Virus record (IMG/VR): IMGVR_UViG_3300016665_000872
Coordinates: 1-64,000 of that record
Strand: one strand, 5' to 3'
DNA length: 64,000 nt
Origin: a virus
A program made the translations under genes and the position numbers. The notes under the pieces were generated by a model that worked only from the letters and a program-made list of their open reading frames with translations, was not told the DNA's origin and did no database searches. Below are positions 33,059-42,533 of this stretch, piece after piece (position 1 is the stretch's first letter; each line of letters starts with the position of its first letter).

Positions 33059-35434
33059 CTAGCGGGCACGGGCGTATTGGAAGGGTGATTCGGCGAAGGC
33101 GCAATATATGTGAGTCTCATTACTTGCGTTAATCCCGTTATTGATAGAGGTATTCCGAATCTTGAAGCCATTGCTCAGGATGTCAAAGGGAGTTGTGGTT
33201 CCCTCTGCACCTGAGCTATTGGGAATAAGTTCGGCAGTGGTCACGTTGTAGGGGTCTCTTGCCGTGTCGTGAACAATCCAATTCTCGGCACGTGACACAT
33301 TGCGGATCAAGACGTAACGGGGGCGAAAGCCGCAGAATACAAATGGGCCGTCTCCACTTGTGTTTCCGTTGCCTGTATAGGAGCCGAAACTAGAGTACCC
33401 GGATACTGGCGCGGAGCAGTATGCAACGTAGTTGCCAGTGGTATAGAAACTACTTGTAACGCCAATCACGGTGGACGAGATTGTTCCCCAACCTGGCGAA
33501 CCAGCACCACCTGCGGCACCTGTGCTATTCAGCAGAAGGTAGCTTGTGGGAATAGAGCTGTGATAAACAAACCAGTTTTCGTATCCAGATGTCTGAGCCG
33601 TACGGCTCTTCATAATGATCAGCGACGGTGCAACACCTAGCCCATGACCTGCAGTGCTATTGCTGGGGCTTGATGTGCTGAAGGTAACAACCGAAAACCC
33701 CGCACTCGCATTCGCCCGCACCGTAGAAGTGATGCTGCCTTGTGTGTTCGTTGAGTTACTGCTACCGGCGTCCCAGGTCCAGGCAACGTAAGTAGTAGAG
33801 GATTGGTTGACGGCGGCGTTTGTGCCTAGGGAGAACCCGTCAGAATTAAACGCTGTTAGGAACTGTGCGTTGGTTGCCTCAGCACCTGTTGTGTCTGTGT
33901 ACAAGTAATTTGTTGCGCCACGGATGGCGTCGAAGACAGTGTTGCTGTACGGCTGGCTACGAGCCTTGATCCAAACAAAATCCGGCGAGAATCCCAGTCC
34001 AGTGATGTTCTGACTGCTGCCATTCCCCGTGTACAGCTTTGTATCGAATACGGTGGAAGGCTTGGCGACTACTGGCGTTGGTAGCGATGTATCAGCCAAG
34101 CATTTGAAGCCGCTGGGGGCGGTGTAGGCGAATGGGCGTTGGCCGAAGTTGGTGACGCCTGAACAGGATCCCGTACTAGATGCCTGTTCAACATAGGGAA
34201 TTAGCCGCCCAGTATTTGTAAGGCTGTAATTGGTTCCTACTTGTGCGCCATTTTTATAAAATCTGATTTGGCTGTTATCTGCATCATAGCCAACGCCAAT
34301 GATGTCACCATTCGTGTAGCCAGCTATGGCGGCTACCTGCACGTCGTTAATCTTGACGTTCTGGAAGCCGCCGATGTCGTACCTGTAGTACCAGCTAACC
34401 ACGCTTGTCTGGGTATCAACAACGCCAACCGCCATTTCTCCAGCAGAGGAAACTGTGTACTCCCAGTACCACTTTCCTGACTGAGGTATAGCAATGGTTG
34501 CGCGAGACTGACGATTATTGAATGTCGAAGAGCCGGAGCAAGTAAAATCCAGATTCCCGTTGGTAAGCGTTGCACCACCTGCGATCGGATTCAACGTCGC
34601 ATAATTTCCCCGAACTTCACCCCCATTTCCTGCATCAGTGCCGCTAGAAACCGGGGTGTCTACGAGGGAATCGTTGCCTGCACCTGCCGTGACCGAAAGA
34701 TTGTTCGGTGTCCAGTTATTGCCGTTGCCAGAAGTGTCCTTCCCTAGTGCCGCCGCTGTTGCTGCAGAATTGTCGGCGAAATCGAGTTTGAAACCGTTGG
34801 TGCCGTAGCTGCCGGTGTACGCCTTGGGCGACCACTGGCCGGTGGTGGAGTTGGTCTCTCCGAATGACGATGGGGTGAGCTGCTGGCCGTCAATCAGGTA
34901 GCACTCGGCTAAATAGCCGGAAAGATAGGTGCCATTGACCAGCTCAACGCCTATCTCGTGACTAACCGTAGAGTTGACCGCGAGGTCTGTATTCTGCGTT
35001 GGATAGTTAGCCGTGCTGAAAGTTGTTACTTCCGTCCCATTGACATACAGCCGAGACCTGCTGGAAGCTGTTACCGAAGTGGTATCAACTGCCCACACTA
35101 GGTGAAGCCATGCGGATGGATCCCGAAATACTTGTGTAGTGATCTGTGACAACCCTGTATCAGAGTGTGCCCAGAGCGTATCATCCGATCTAAAGATAAG
35201 TCGTGTGTAAGGTGTGCCTGCGCCAGTTCTCGCGCTTAATATCGCTTGTTCAGCGCCAAACCTAGACTTTTTTATCCATGTTGAAAGAGTGAAGGTCTTC
35301 CTATTGCCCGCAGAACCGGGAACCCTGGAACAGTAGGCACCGTCACTACTGTTGAAGCGGAGAGAACGTGAGACCTGATATTGCGTGCTGCCAGCGTCAG
35401 CGCCGAGCAGCAGAGAACTATTCAGAGCGCTCAT
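33059..35434 (-). CDS. tail fibre / receptor-binding protein (LamG-like + SPRY-like + repeat domains)
   Basis: SLRFNSSDGAYCSRVPGSAGNRKTFTLSTWIK...LYVNG (concanavalin/LamG-like). GKWYWEYTV...GDIIGVGYDADNSQIRFYKNG (SPRY-like). A C-terminal FVWIKARS.. domain. Confidence 0.75.
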   Translation of the reverse strand: MSALNSSLLLGADAGSTQYQVSRSLRFNSSDGAYCSRVPGSAGNRKTFTLSTWIKKSRFGAEQAILSARTGAGTPYTRLIFRSDDTLWAHSDTGLSQITTQVFRDPSAWLHLVWAVDTTSVTASSRSRLYVNGTEVTTFSTANYPTQNTDLAVNSTVSHEIGVELVNGTYLSGYLAECYLIDGQQLTPSSFGETNSTTGQWSPKAYTGSYGTNGFKLDFADNSAATAAALGKDTSGNGNNWTPNNLSVTAGAGNDSLVDTPVSSGTDAGNGGEVRGNYATLNPIAGGATLTNGNLDFTCSGSSTFNNRQSRATIAIPQSGKWYWEYTVSSAGEMAVGVVDTQTSVVSWYYRYDIGGFQNVKINDVQVAAIAGYTNGDIIGVGYDADNSQIRFYKNGAQVGTNYSLTNTGRLIPYVEQASSTGSCSGVTNFGQRPFAYTAPSGFKCLADTSLPTPVVAKPSTVFDTKLYTGNGSSQNITGLGFSPDFVWIKARSQPYSNTVFDAIRGATNYLYTDTTGAEATNAQFLTAFNSDGFSLGTNAAVNQSSTTYVAWTWDAGSSNSTNTQGSITSTVRANASAGFSVVTFSTSSPSNSTAGHGLGVAPSLIIMKSRTAQTSGYENWFVYHSSIPTSYLLLNSTGAAGGAGSPGWGTISSTVIGVTSSFYTTGNYVAYCSAPVSGYSSFGSYTGNGNTSGDGPFVFCGFRPRYVLIRNVSRAENWIVHDTARDPYNVTTAELIPNSSGAEGTTTPFDILSNGFKIRNTSINNGINASNETHIYCAFAESPFQYARAR

Positions 35435-36279
35435 TTTACGTCACCGATAAACCGAACAGCGATACGGGTGGCAGACTCGACGTGAAACGCCAGCAAATCC
35501 ACCGAATTAGCTGCGGTTGTCAGTGTTGGCGCTACGCCACCAGGGAACTTGAACACCGAATTAAAAGCCATCGTCCGTGACCCCGTGGCGTCCTGCACGA
35601 CGCGGATCACGCCGCTTTGACCCGCGACGACATTGGTTGGAGCGCCCAGCGTTCTGTTACCGCCGAGGGTTACCTGGAAATGATTGCCAAGACTCATATC
35701 TACAGTCACGGTTGCCGCATCTGTCAACGTCACATAGGCACCGCGTTGAGCGGCGGTGAAGGTTTGCGCTGCGTTGACAAATGCTGTATTGGCGCTGTAT
35801 GGCTGTACGCTGACGCCAACAGCGCTGGCCGGAAGGTATCCCGAAATCGTCTGACCGGCCGCAAATGAGATCTGGCCAGTCATGGTGCCACCGGATCTTG
35901 GTAGCGCCGCGCTTGCTACGTCGAATGCATTCTTGACTGAATTCGGCGTAGCGGCCGTTGAAGTGCTCGTGCTGGCAGTGCTATCCGTGAGCTGCAGGAC
36001 ACCAGCCGTCGTCGTCGAGCCGGCGGCGACCCTCGCTGCGGCAATGACGGATGACGTTGCCGTGTTGACGAGGTCAATCAGGACATCAGAGCTCAGCAGC
36101 TGGAGATCACCCGTGCCGCTGAGTCGGCCCACGACCACATTGGGTCCTGCCGGGGGCAGCATGTTGAGGGTGACCGAGACGGCTTCCCACTTACTGCCAA
36201 TTGCTGGATCCGCCAGGAAACGATTATTGACGCGGTCAATGAAAACCGGCCTTCGCTGCGGATCGCGATTCCCTGCCAT
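35431..36279 (-). CDS. tail fibre protein
   Basis: TTTAGVLQLTDSTASTSTSTAATPNSVKNAFD...LPRSGGTMTG is a motif typical of phage fibre shafts. A 4-nt overlap links it to the downstream fibre gene. Confidence 0.7.
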   Translation of the reverse strand: MAGNRDPQRRPVFIDRVNNRFLADPAIGSKWEAVSVTLNMLPPAGPNVVVGRLSGTGDLQLLSSDVLIDLVNTATSSVIAAARVAAGSTTTAGVLQLTDSTASTSTSTAATPNSVKNAFDVASAALPRSGGTMTGQISFAAGQTISGYLPASAVGVSVQPYSANTAFVNAAQTFTAAQRGAYVTLTDAATVTVDMSLGNHFQVTLGGNRTLGAPTNVVAGQSGVIRVVQDATGSRTMAFNSVFKFPGGVAPTLTTAANSVDLLAFHVESATRIAVRFIGDVK

Positions 36280-36314
36280 GCCCGCCAGTTTTAAGCGAAT
36301 TCTAGGAAGAGTGG

Positions 36315-37721
36315 CTAAGGAACAATCACCGGTGCACCGGGGTCGCCTGACTCCAGAAACTGTAGAACTGGGAAGCTATTACCGCCAATACTGATGCTTT
36401 CCTCGAAACGCTGGAGAGCCGAATTAAAGATTCTCAGCCTCTGGGTTCCTCGCTCTAGCCACCAGTCGTTCTGCCTGCACCATGTCGGGTCGGGCTCCTC
36501 TCCGTCGTTCCACAGGAGTGGTCTTGGGTCCGGCCGGATCGCGTCCCGCGGGTCGCCGCCCGGAAATAAAATGATTCCGACGGCATCGGCAATAGTCATT
36601 GCAAAGCGATCCCAGTTGATCTGCCTGAGCCGGAAGTAGTCCATGATCTCGTCACTGGAGTACCTTCGCTCTTTTCGAGCTGCGTACTCCAGGAATGTGC
36701 GTTCATCGCCTACTGGGTAGTCATCCGGCTCGAGCCAAGGCACACCGCATGCCCACCTGACGCAGTGAATATGCTTGCAATCTCTACGCTCGTCTCGCCG
36801 ATCGGGCAGCGTCCGCCACTGCCGGTAGTAGCCGACACCCTCCCTTTCCCACGCTGACCGCACGCTTCGGGCGGTATTGGGCTTCGGGAATAGGTCCCGT
36901 GGCTGCCCCTTGGCCGGGAATTCCAGGTTTGCCAATGCTCCACCCAGGTGATCCGGGCAGCAACAGAAAAACTTGAAGCTGCTGCATAGATGACGTGTCC
37001 CGTCCAGTCGAAATGTCTTCGGCGATGCGGGGTCGTAGTCCAGCCTGCTCCAGTAGACCCGGCCATTGCGCTCAATCCGCCCAGCGGGGCGAGAGAGGTC
37101 GAAGGTCAGGGTCAGCGCGCCCGAGCTAGCCGCAATCAGTGTCAGGGCGACACTGCCGACATCCCGCGACACTAAATCACTTGGATAGCTGGGGCCGATT
37201 GCTGAGTCTTCGAACTGATCGCCAATGAAGATGGAGAAGATCGCGACCTGGGCTGGACTGAGGATTCCCGAGACATCCAGCGTCAATGTGTGCTCTGCCG
37301 GATCAGGACTCGCCGTGTTGAGCGTGACCCGAGCGCTGGTAATCGGCTGCGGCAGCATGATCGAGCCGCGAGTTCTGCAGCTCACATACCACGCCTTTTC
37401 CGGTGAATCCTTGGACGGGAAGAGCGTCGTGATCTCCTTGGAGCTCCCGTCGACTGCACCCGTAATGAACCGCGCAAGACTGTGGACTTGGTAATCCCCC
37501 CAGCTTCTTCCGGTTCCGAAGAAGTACTCCTGTCCGAGTTTCCAGCGTTTGTAGTCCGTTGAGCGGTTGTAGGACTCAATCACCGTTGGATAGACGGTGC
37601 TGCCGTATTCGCCCAGACCCTGTCCCTTCGATGGGTAAATCCCAGCGCTGCGAGGGCGAGGCGACCGGTCAATCGGCCCAAGGCTCAGGCCTTGGTCGAG
37701 TCTTCGGCCGATCCGACCCAT
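36315..37721 (-). CDS. virion structural protein (unknown role)
   Basis: 468-aa ORF in the tail gene block. No motif recognised. Confidence 0.6.
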   Translation of the reverse strand: MGRIGRRLDQGLSLGPIDRSPRPRSAGIYPSKGQGLGEYGSTVYPTVIESYNRSTDYKRWKLGQEYFFGTGRSWGDYQVHSLARFITGAVDGSSKEITTLFPSKDSPEKAWYVSCRTRGSIMLPQPITSARVTLNTASPDPAEHTLTLDVSGILSPAQVAIFSIFIGDQFEDSAIGPSYPSDLVSRDVGSVALTLIAASSGALTLTFDLSRPAGRIERNGRVYWSRLDYDPASPKTFRLDGTRHLCSSFKFFCCCPDHLGGALANLEFPAKGQPRDLFPKPNTARSVRSAWEREGVGYYRQWRTLPDRRDERRDCKHIHCVRWACGVPWLEPDDYPVGDERTFLEYAARKERRYSSDEIMDYFRLRQINWDRFAMTIADAVGIILFPGGDPRDAIRPDPRPLLWNDGEEPDPTWCRQNDWWLERGTQRLRIFNSALQRFEESISIGGNSFPVLQFLESGDPGAPVIVP

Positions 37722-38479
37722 CAGCCAAAGCGGCGCGAGTAATAGGACTGAGCTCCGGGGCCGGAGCGCTGGGCCATAGCTCTTGACGCACGGGCGCGGG
37801 CCTGGGCGCGATTGCCGCCGGACATGACCTCAACCACCGGGTCACGCCTGTTCAGCACGCTGTCAGTGGCGTCGATTTCGGTGACCACAGAGGCGCCACG
37901 CGGAGCCACCTTATTCCTTGTGCCCTCCGCGGCTAACTGGTCGACGCCGCCGGAGCCGGGCATGCCGGCGACCGTGGAGCCTCGCCGCAGGTTCTCCAGC
38001 TGGCTCGTGGCTTCCTGGTTGCGGTAGACCTCGCTGTCCAGCCGGAAGCGATCTCGCTCCTCCGCCAGCGTTGAGTTCTTCGCTAGCGCATCCTGGTACA
38101 TCTTGGATGTTTCATCCAGTTTGGTGCGGTAGCTATCAACGCTGCTTCGGTAGTCATCCAGTTGTCGCTGGTATGACTGAAGCAGGCCGGAATAATCAGG
38201 TGCCGCCTGCTGGGGCTGAGGCGCGGGTTGCGCAGGTTGCGACGGCCCGCTCTGTTCTTCGCTGCGAGCGCCTTGAGCGATCTGGTCAAACAGGCCGCCC
38301 TTGCCAGGCTCGTTCCCTCCCCGCAGCTTTGAAGTGTTCGTGCTGAGCCAGGACAGGATCTCCCGGTCGCTTGCGCCTCGTGCCTTCGCGGCCTCGTAAT
38401 CCTTGTGACCGAAGAAGTCCGGAGAATCGCCGTAGGCCGTTGAAAATTCCATGACCTTAGAAGAATCCGCCCTGGGCAA
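37721..38479 (-). CDS. hypothetical virion-module protein
   Basis: 252 aa with a Q/P-rich linker and a coiled-coil centre. Confidence 0.6.
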   Translation of the reverse strand: MPRADSSKVMEFSTAYGDSPDFFGHKDYEAAKARGASDREILSWLSTNTSKLRGGNEPGKGGLFDQIAQGARSEEQSGPSQPAQPAPQPQQAAPDYSGLLQSYQRQLDDYRSSVDSYRTKLDETSKMYQDALAKNSTLAEERDRFRLDSEVYRNQEATSQLENLRRGSTVAGMPGSGGVDQLAAEGTRNKVAPRGASVVTEIDATDSVLNRRDPVVEVMSGGNRAQARARASRAMAQRSGPGAQSYYSRRFG

Positions 38480-38996
38480 AAACGATGACGCGAGTAGCAG
38501 TGCTCGGTGCTGTCAATGCCGCCGACACGCCGGTATATAGCAATGCACCTGATGGAACGTAGAGGCCAGTATTCTTCTTGTCTGTTTCAGTCGGGTAGGA
38601 CGCCATTGTCGACGCGGGCGATGCCAGGTTCGGCACTGGCACCGACAGGGGTGGCAGGCTGATATTCACACGCTGTCCAGCCGTATTGCCGCCGGGGATG
38701 GCGATGGCAGCAACGGGAACCGTGTTCACCGTGCTAATACTCGCGGTGCTAGTCGCTGTACTTAGAAATGCAATGACAGTGCTTGTTGTCGTCGATGCCT
38801 CGGTGATCATCACCGAAAGCGAGTCGACAACAGCTCCGTCATTACTACTGCAGTCAACCAAGAGCTGGCAGCCAGCCCCTGATGGTGTATAGAAATTCGT
38901 TGCGCTTGTTAGCGCTGCAGCCCCTCCAATTGCCGCAAACGCGTGCAGGGGGCGATCGACGAGAAGGGGCTGCTTATTCGATGAGCTAGTTGCCAA
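38457..38996 (-). CDS. hypothetical virion-module protein
   Basis: 179 aa, Ser/Thr/Ala-rich and beta-type. Confidence 0.6.
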   Translation of the reverse strand: MATSSSNKQPLLVDRPLHAFAAIGGAAALTSATNFYTPSGAGCQLLVDCSSNDGAVVDSLSVMITEASTTTSTVIAFLSTATSTASISTVNTVPVAAIAIPGGNTAGQRVNISLPPLSVPVPNLASPASTMASYPTETDKKNTGLYVPSGALLYTGVSAALTAPSTATRVIVFAQGGFF

Positions 38997-39055
38997 TGCC
39001 TACCTCTTGGCTTAGCGCCACATCAGTACCCTGGCAAGCAGTCTAGCGACGGCAT

Positions 39056-39547
39056 TTAGGCCGGCTTTGGCACATCTCGCTGGGGGCCAGATGCCGCCAC
39101 ATTCGGGCTGGTCGACATTCCAAGGGGTGGCGGTAGCGGTGCGTTATACCGCTGAGCTGCATCAATCCTGTTCAGGGGACTACCAGGGCCAAAGCCGTAG
39201 CCCGGGGTGTTGACCTGCAGCTCAGCGCCGCGAACCGGAGGTGGCACCTGGGGCATCGCCGGACCAGGGGTTGTCAGCACTGCGGTTTCCGGTACCTCGA
39301 CGCGTCGGCCATCGCCATAGGGGCTGACCTGAGGTACTAGGCCCTTGCTGATCAAGTCATACCCAAACTGCGACGGGGCAGGCTGAACTGATAGGTAGTT
39401 CTGGATATTGGTCGGCACCATGCCACCGGCTGCCGTGAACTGCCGGTCCATCGTCCGGGCCTGCTCCCTATCCTGATTCCACTGGCCTGGCTGCAGTTGC
39501 CGGACTGGGCCCTCGAGATACTGACTTTGCGGGTGACGAGGATTCAT
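39056..39547 (-). CDS. hypothetical protein
   Basis: 163-aa Pro/Gly/Gln-rich ORF. Confidence 0.55.
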   Translation of the reverse strand: MNPRHPQSQYLEGPVRQLQPGQWNQDREQARTMDRQFTAAGGMVPTNIQNYLSVQPAPSQFGYDLISKGLVPQVSPYGDGRRVEVPETAVLTTPGPAMPQVPPPVRGAELQVNTPGYGFGPGSPLNRIDAAQRYNAPLPPPLGMSTSPNVAASGPQRDVPKPA

Positions 39548-39554
39548 GGCAGTC

Positions 39555-40556
39555 TCAGCTCCCGAAGCTTGTGATATTCATGTCACGCGCCATTGGCAAA
39601 TAGCGCGCCATTAGTGCCTTCAACTTCTCGTTGTCCCCGAAGGCCTGCACCTGGTTGGCGGCGGGCAGCGGGCTGTTGAAGTTCAAGTTGCTGTTCTGGG
39701 CCGTCGCCTTGGGGGCAATCTCCAGCTCAGCCCCGTAGGCCGCCTGCATCCCGGCAGCAGTAGGGGCCATGGCTGAGGGCTGCGCAGTCTGTGCGCCGCC
39801 TGCCAGGGGATTGGGGCTGCCTTCCGATGGGAAGAACTGCTCCTTCTCCATGGCCAACTTGATGGCCGCATCGTCTGGGCCGTCTGTCATCTGCCCCTTG
39901 GGGAAGCGCTTGTTGTATTCGCGCAGCGCAAGGGCGGGGTTGGCCTCTGCCCACTGGGAGATGCGCTTGGCCTCATCGCCCTGCATCCCCATCGTCAGGC
40001 CCTGGATGATTTCATCCTTGGCGCCGATACCGACCGCGCGCTGGGCCTCGTAGAAGTCGGCCAGCTTGGTCTTCTCGGGAGCCGATGGGTTCTGGGCCAG
40101 CTCGAGCATGGCCTTGCCGGTTTCGCCCTTCCAGTAATCGTCAGAGGCGTACTGCTGCATCATCCGCAGCTTCTCGGCATCCTGGGCCCGGGCAGCAGGA
40201 GTGACCTGCGCAGCAGGGGCACCGATAGTCGGCGCCGCAGCTGGAGATGCGGGCCGCCAGGCGCCCAGATTCGGGTCGCCCTGAATTCGCGCCAGGTTTT
40301 CAGCTCGGCTGTCCTTGAACGGCGAGACGTACGGGGTGTCCGCCACCGGTGCGCTCGCTGCACGGGCAGGTAGGCCCTTCCCGGGGATGCCAATGCCGGT
40401 CTTGTTCAGGAAGTCAACGGCTCCCTGGAAGCCAGCTTGGACAGTGCCGCCCAGGTCGTAGGTGACGCCGCCGGGAGACATCATCCGGAGACTGCCGTCA
40501 GCCATCCGGTATCGCTTGCCCTTGCCAGGGACTGTGATCCAACCCTCAGAGGGCAT
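39555..40556 (-). CDS. hypothetical protein
   Basis: 333-aa ORF. Confidence 0.6.
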   Translation of the reverse strand: MPSEGWITVPGKGKRYRMADGSLRMMSPGGVTYDLGGTVQAGFQGAVDFLNKTGIGIPGKGLPARAASAPVADTPYVSPFKDSRAENLARIQGDPNLGAWRPASPAAAPTIGAPAAQVTPAARAQDAEKLRMMQQYASDDYWKGETGKAMLELAQNPSAPEKTKLADFYEAQRAVGIGAKDEIIQGLTMGMQGDEAKRISQWAEANPALALREYNKRFPKGQMTDGPDDAAIKLAMEKEQFFPSEGSPNPLAGGAQTAQPSAMAPTAAGMQAAYGAELEIAPKATAQNSNLNFNSPLPAANQVQAFGDNEKLKALMARYLPMARDMNITSFGS

Positions 40557-40559
40557 CGC

Positions 40560-41045
40560 CTACCTCCAACACATGGAACCCGTCGCCTGCGCCACGCGCG
40601 TACCGACGGCTGTATCTGCTGGCCCCGGGATGGCCATGATGAATTCGGCGCCGGCTCGCTCAAAGGCGTAGCGACGCACGTCCTCGCGGCGATAGTTCGC
40701 CACGTAGAGCGTCTCGGCGAGTAGATCCACCTCCCGCAGGTAGACCTCTCGGTAGTCCTTGGCAGCCTTCAGGGGATCGGACTGGAAGATCGCCCGGTCC
40801 GTGTCACCCGTGATCCGCTCAATCCGGCTGGGCTGAGGTTGATCCTCGACCCGAAAGACCTGAGAAACGCGGTAAGCCTTGTCGCAGCGATCGAGATGCT
40901 CGATCACCCGCGAATAGAAATAGCTGTCGGGAATGCGTGCCATCGCCTCTTCGAGGCGGGCAACATCACCGGCCGGCAGGCTGGCTCCGACATTGACGCC
41001 AAGGTGGAAGCGGCAGCGGGATTTGTTGTAATCGTCCAGCTCCAC
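40560..41045 (-). CDS. hypothetical protein
   Basis: 161-aa ORF, 4 nt from the downstream gene. Confidence 0.6.
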   Translation of the reverse strand: MELDDYNKSRCRFHLGVNVGASLPAGDVARLEEAMARIPDSYFYSRVIEHLDRCDKAYRVSQVFRVEDQPQPSRIERITGDTDRAIFQSDPLKAAKDYREVYLREVDLLAETLYVANYRREDVRRYAFERAGAEFIMAIPGPADTAVGTRVAQATGSMCWR

Positions 41046-41080
41046 GCATGCACCCGGACACTAAAGCGATTCTAGGCTTG

Positions 41081-41512
41081 TCAGCCGACGTAAATCAGAT
41101 CTTCCGCGATCACTTGATCCCAGTCGACGCGGCCGATCTTCTTAAGCTGATCGAGATTGGTGAAGCGCTCGCCAGAGAGGCTTTGGCGCAGTTCGACGAT
41201 GCGCCGTGCAGTGGAATAGCCTATGCCCTTGACGGCCTTGGCAATGGCCTCAGCTGAAGCCGTATTGATGTTCAGGCGGGTGTCAGCCGGAATTGCAGCC
41301 TCGGGGATCTTGTCCTCATCGACAGGCTTTTCCGCTGACTGCGGCTTGGGCACCTCGCCGGTCCGGCCCTTGCCGGGTTCGTAGGAGACGAGGTCGCTCA
41401 GCTGCACGTACTGCACGTTCCCCGCCGAGTTGCGGATCATCGCGTAGTCCTTGTCGTGATGCGCGATGAACTCGACGATTTGACCGTTCTTGGTGTTCTG
41501 GTACAGCGCCAT
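41081..41512 (-). CDS. helix-hairpin-helix (ComEA-like) DNA-binding protein
   Basis: C-terminal LNINTASAEAIAKAVKGIGYSTARRIVELRQSLSGERFTNLDQL fits the ComEA HhH pattern. Confidence 0.65.
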   Translation of the reverse strand: MALYQNTKNGQIVEFIAHHDKDYAMIRNSAGNVQYVQLSDLVSYEPGKGRTGEVPKPQSAEKPVDEDKIPEAAIPADTRLNINTASAEAIAKAVKGIGYSTARRIVELRQSLSGERFTNLDQLKKIGRVDWDQVIAEDLIYVG

Positions 41513-41516
41513 GGCA

Positions 41517-41550
41517 AATAAAAAAGGGCGCCTGATCGATCAGACGCCCT
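41517..41550 (-). terminator. strong rho-independent terminator after the capsid gene pair
   Basis: On the - strand, GGGCGTCTGATC/GATCAGGCGCCC (12-bp near-palindromic stem) is followed by TTTTTTATTT, 24 nt after the stop at 41574. Confidence 0.75.
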
Positions 41551-41573
41551 CATTGTAGGGAAAAGTCCCTGGT

Positions 41574-42221
41574 TCAGTTCTCCCGGATGAAGGGGATGCG
41601 GACATCGCCCACATCGGCCACTTCGTCCTCGAGGTAGTAAGCCACCTCGACAATCAGGGGAGTGCCGCCGGTCGCCGTCGAGCTCAGGTTGGAACCTGCC
41701 GAGGTGCCGGTGTTGTCGGTCACGTAGACCTTCAGGGTCAGAGCGCTGCCGGTGATCGCCACGGGGGTGATGGCACCGAACTGAGTCTGAGCCGGAGCGA
41801 TGGTCGTGCTGCTCACCGCCAGGGCCGAAGAATCGGTACCCAGAGCGGTGGTGGCAATCTGACCAGTGGCCGTGGTGTTCACGGCACTCGCCAGCTTGAT
41901 CCGGTTGGTGTTGGTGCCAACCAGACCGGAAAACGCAGTGCCTTGACCGCGATCCTTCCGCATGTCGGGCACGCGGATGCCCAGTTGGTAGACCTTGGCG
42001 CCAACGGGGATCACCAGGCTTGTGACGTCAGCACGGGGCTTGTCATCACCACGCATGTCGGGCGAGGGGATGGTCACGTCAAAGCTGGTGGCACCGGTGG
42101 AGCCAACCAGGGCATAGCCGGTCCGGTGGTAGTACACGCGGCCGGGGAGGGCAATGACGGACTGGCTCTGGTAGGAGCTCAGCCGGTTAACGTAATTGCC
42201 CGGGTAGATCGACTTCGCCAT
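41574..42221 (-). CDS. virion structural protein co-transcribed with the capsid gene
   Basis: 215-aa beta-rich ORF lying 17 nt downstream of the capsid stop and upstream of the strong terminator. Confidence 0.65.
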   Translation of the reverse strand: MAKSIYPGNYVNRLSSYQSQSVIALPGRVYYHRTGYALVGSTGATSFDVTIPSPDMRGDDKPRADVTSLVIPVGAKVYQLGIRVPDMRKDRGQGTAFSGLVGTNTNRIKLASAVNTTATGQIATTALGTDSSALAVSSTTIAPAQTQFGAITPVAITGSALTLKVYVTDNTGTSAGSNLSSTATGGTPLIVEVAYYLEDEVADVGDVRIPFIREN

Positions 42222-42237
42222 TGTTCGTTACCTCCTA

Positions 42238-42533
42238 TCAGTAAACGAAGGAGTAAGCGACGGTCACGAAGTCCTTATTCAGGATTTCGAAGCCGGCGAA
42301 GAGGGACCAGATCATGATGATGAAACGACTGAAATCGTCGTTGTTGTTCAGCAGGATCTGGGCGTTGTTGCCGCCGATGCCCACGCCCACGGCTTGAGGG
42401 CCGAAGAACAGCATCGGAGCAGCCGCGGTCACGGTGTTAGTGATCGAGGCGTCGGTGATGGTCACCTGCAGGGACTTCTCGGGCAGGTTGGTGCTTTCGA
42501 ACCAGCGCACGCCTTCGAATAAGAAGCCACTCA
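42238..42533 (-). CDS. major capsid protein exon 5 (5' border approximate)
   Basis: SGFLFEGVRWFESTNLPEKSLQVTITD...MLFFGPQAVGVGIGGNNAQILLNNNDDFSRFIIMIWSLFAGFEILNKDFVTVAYSFVY*. Confidence 0.7.
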
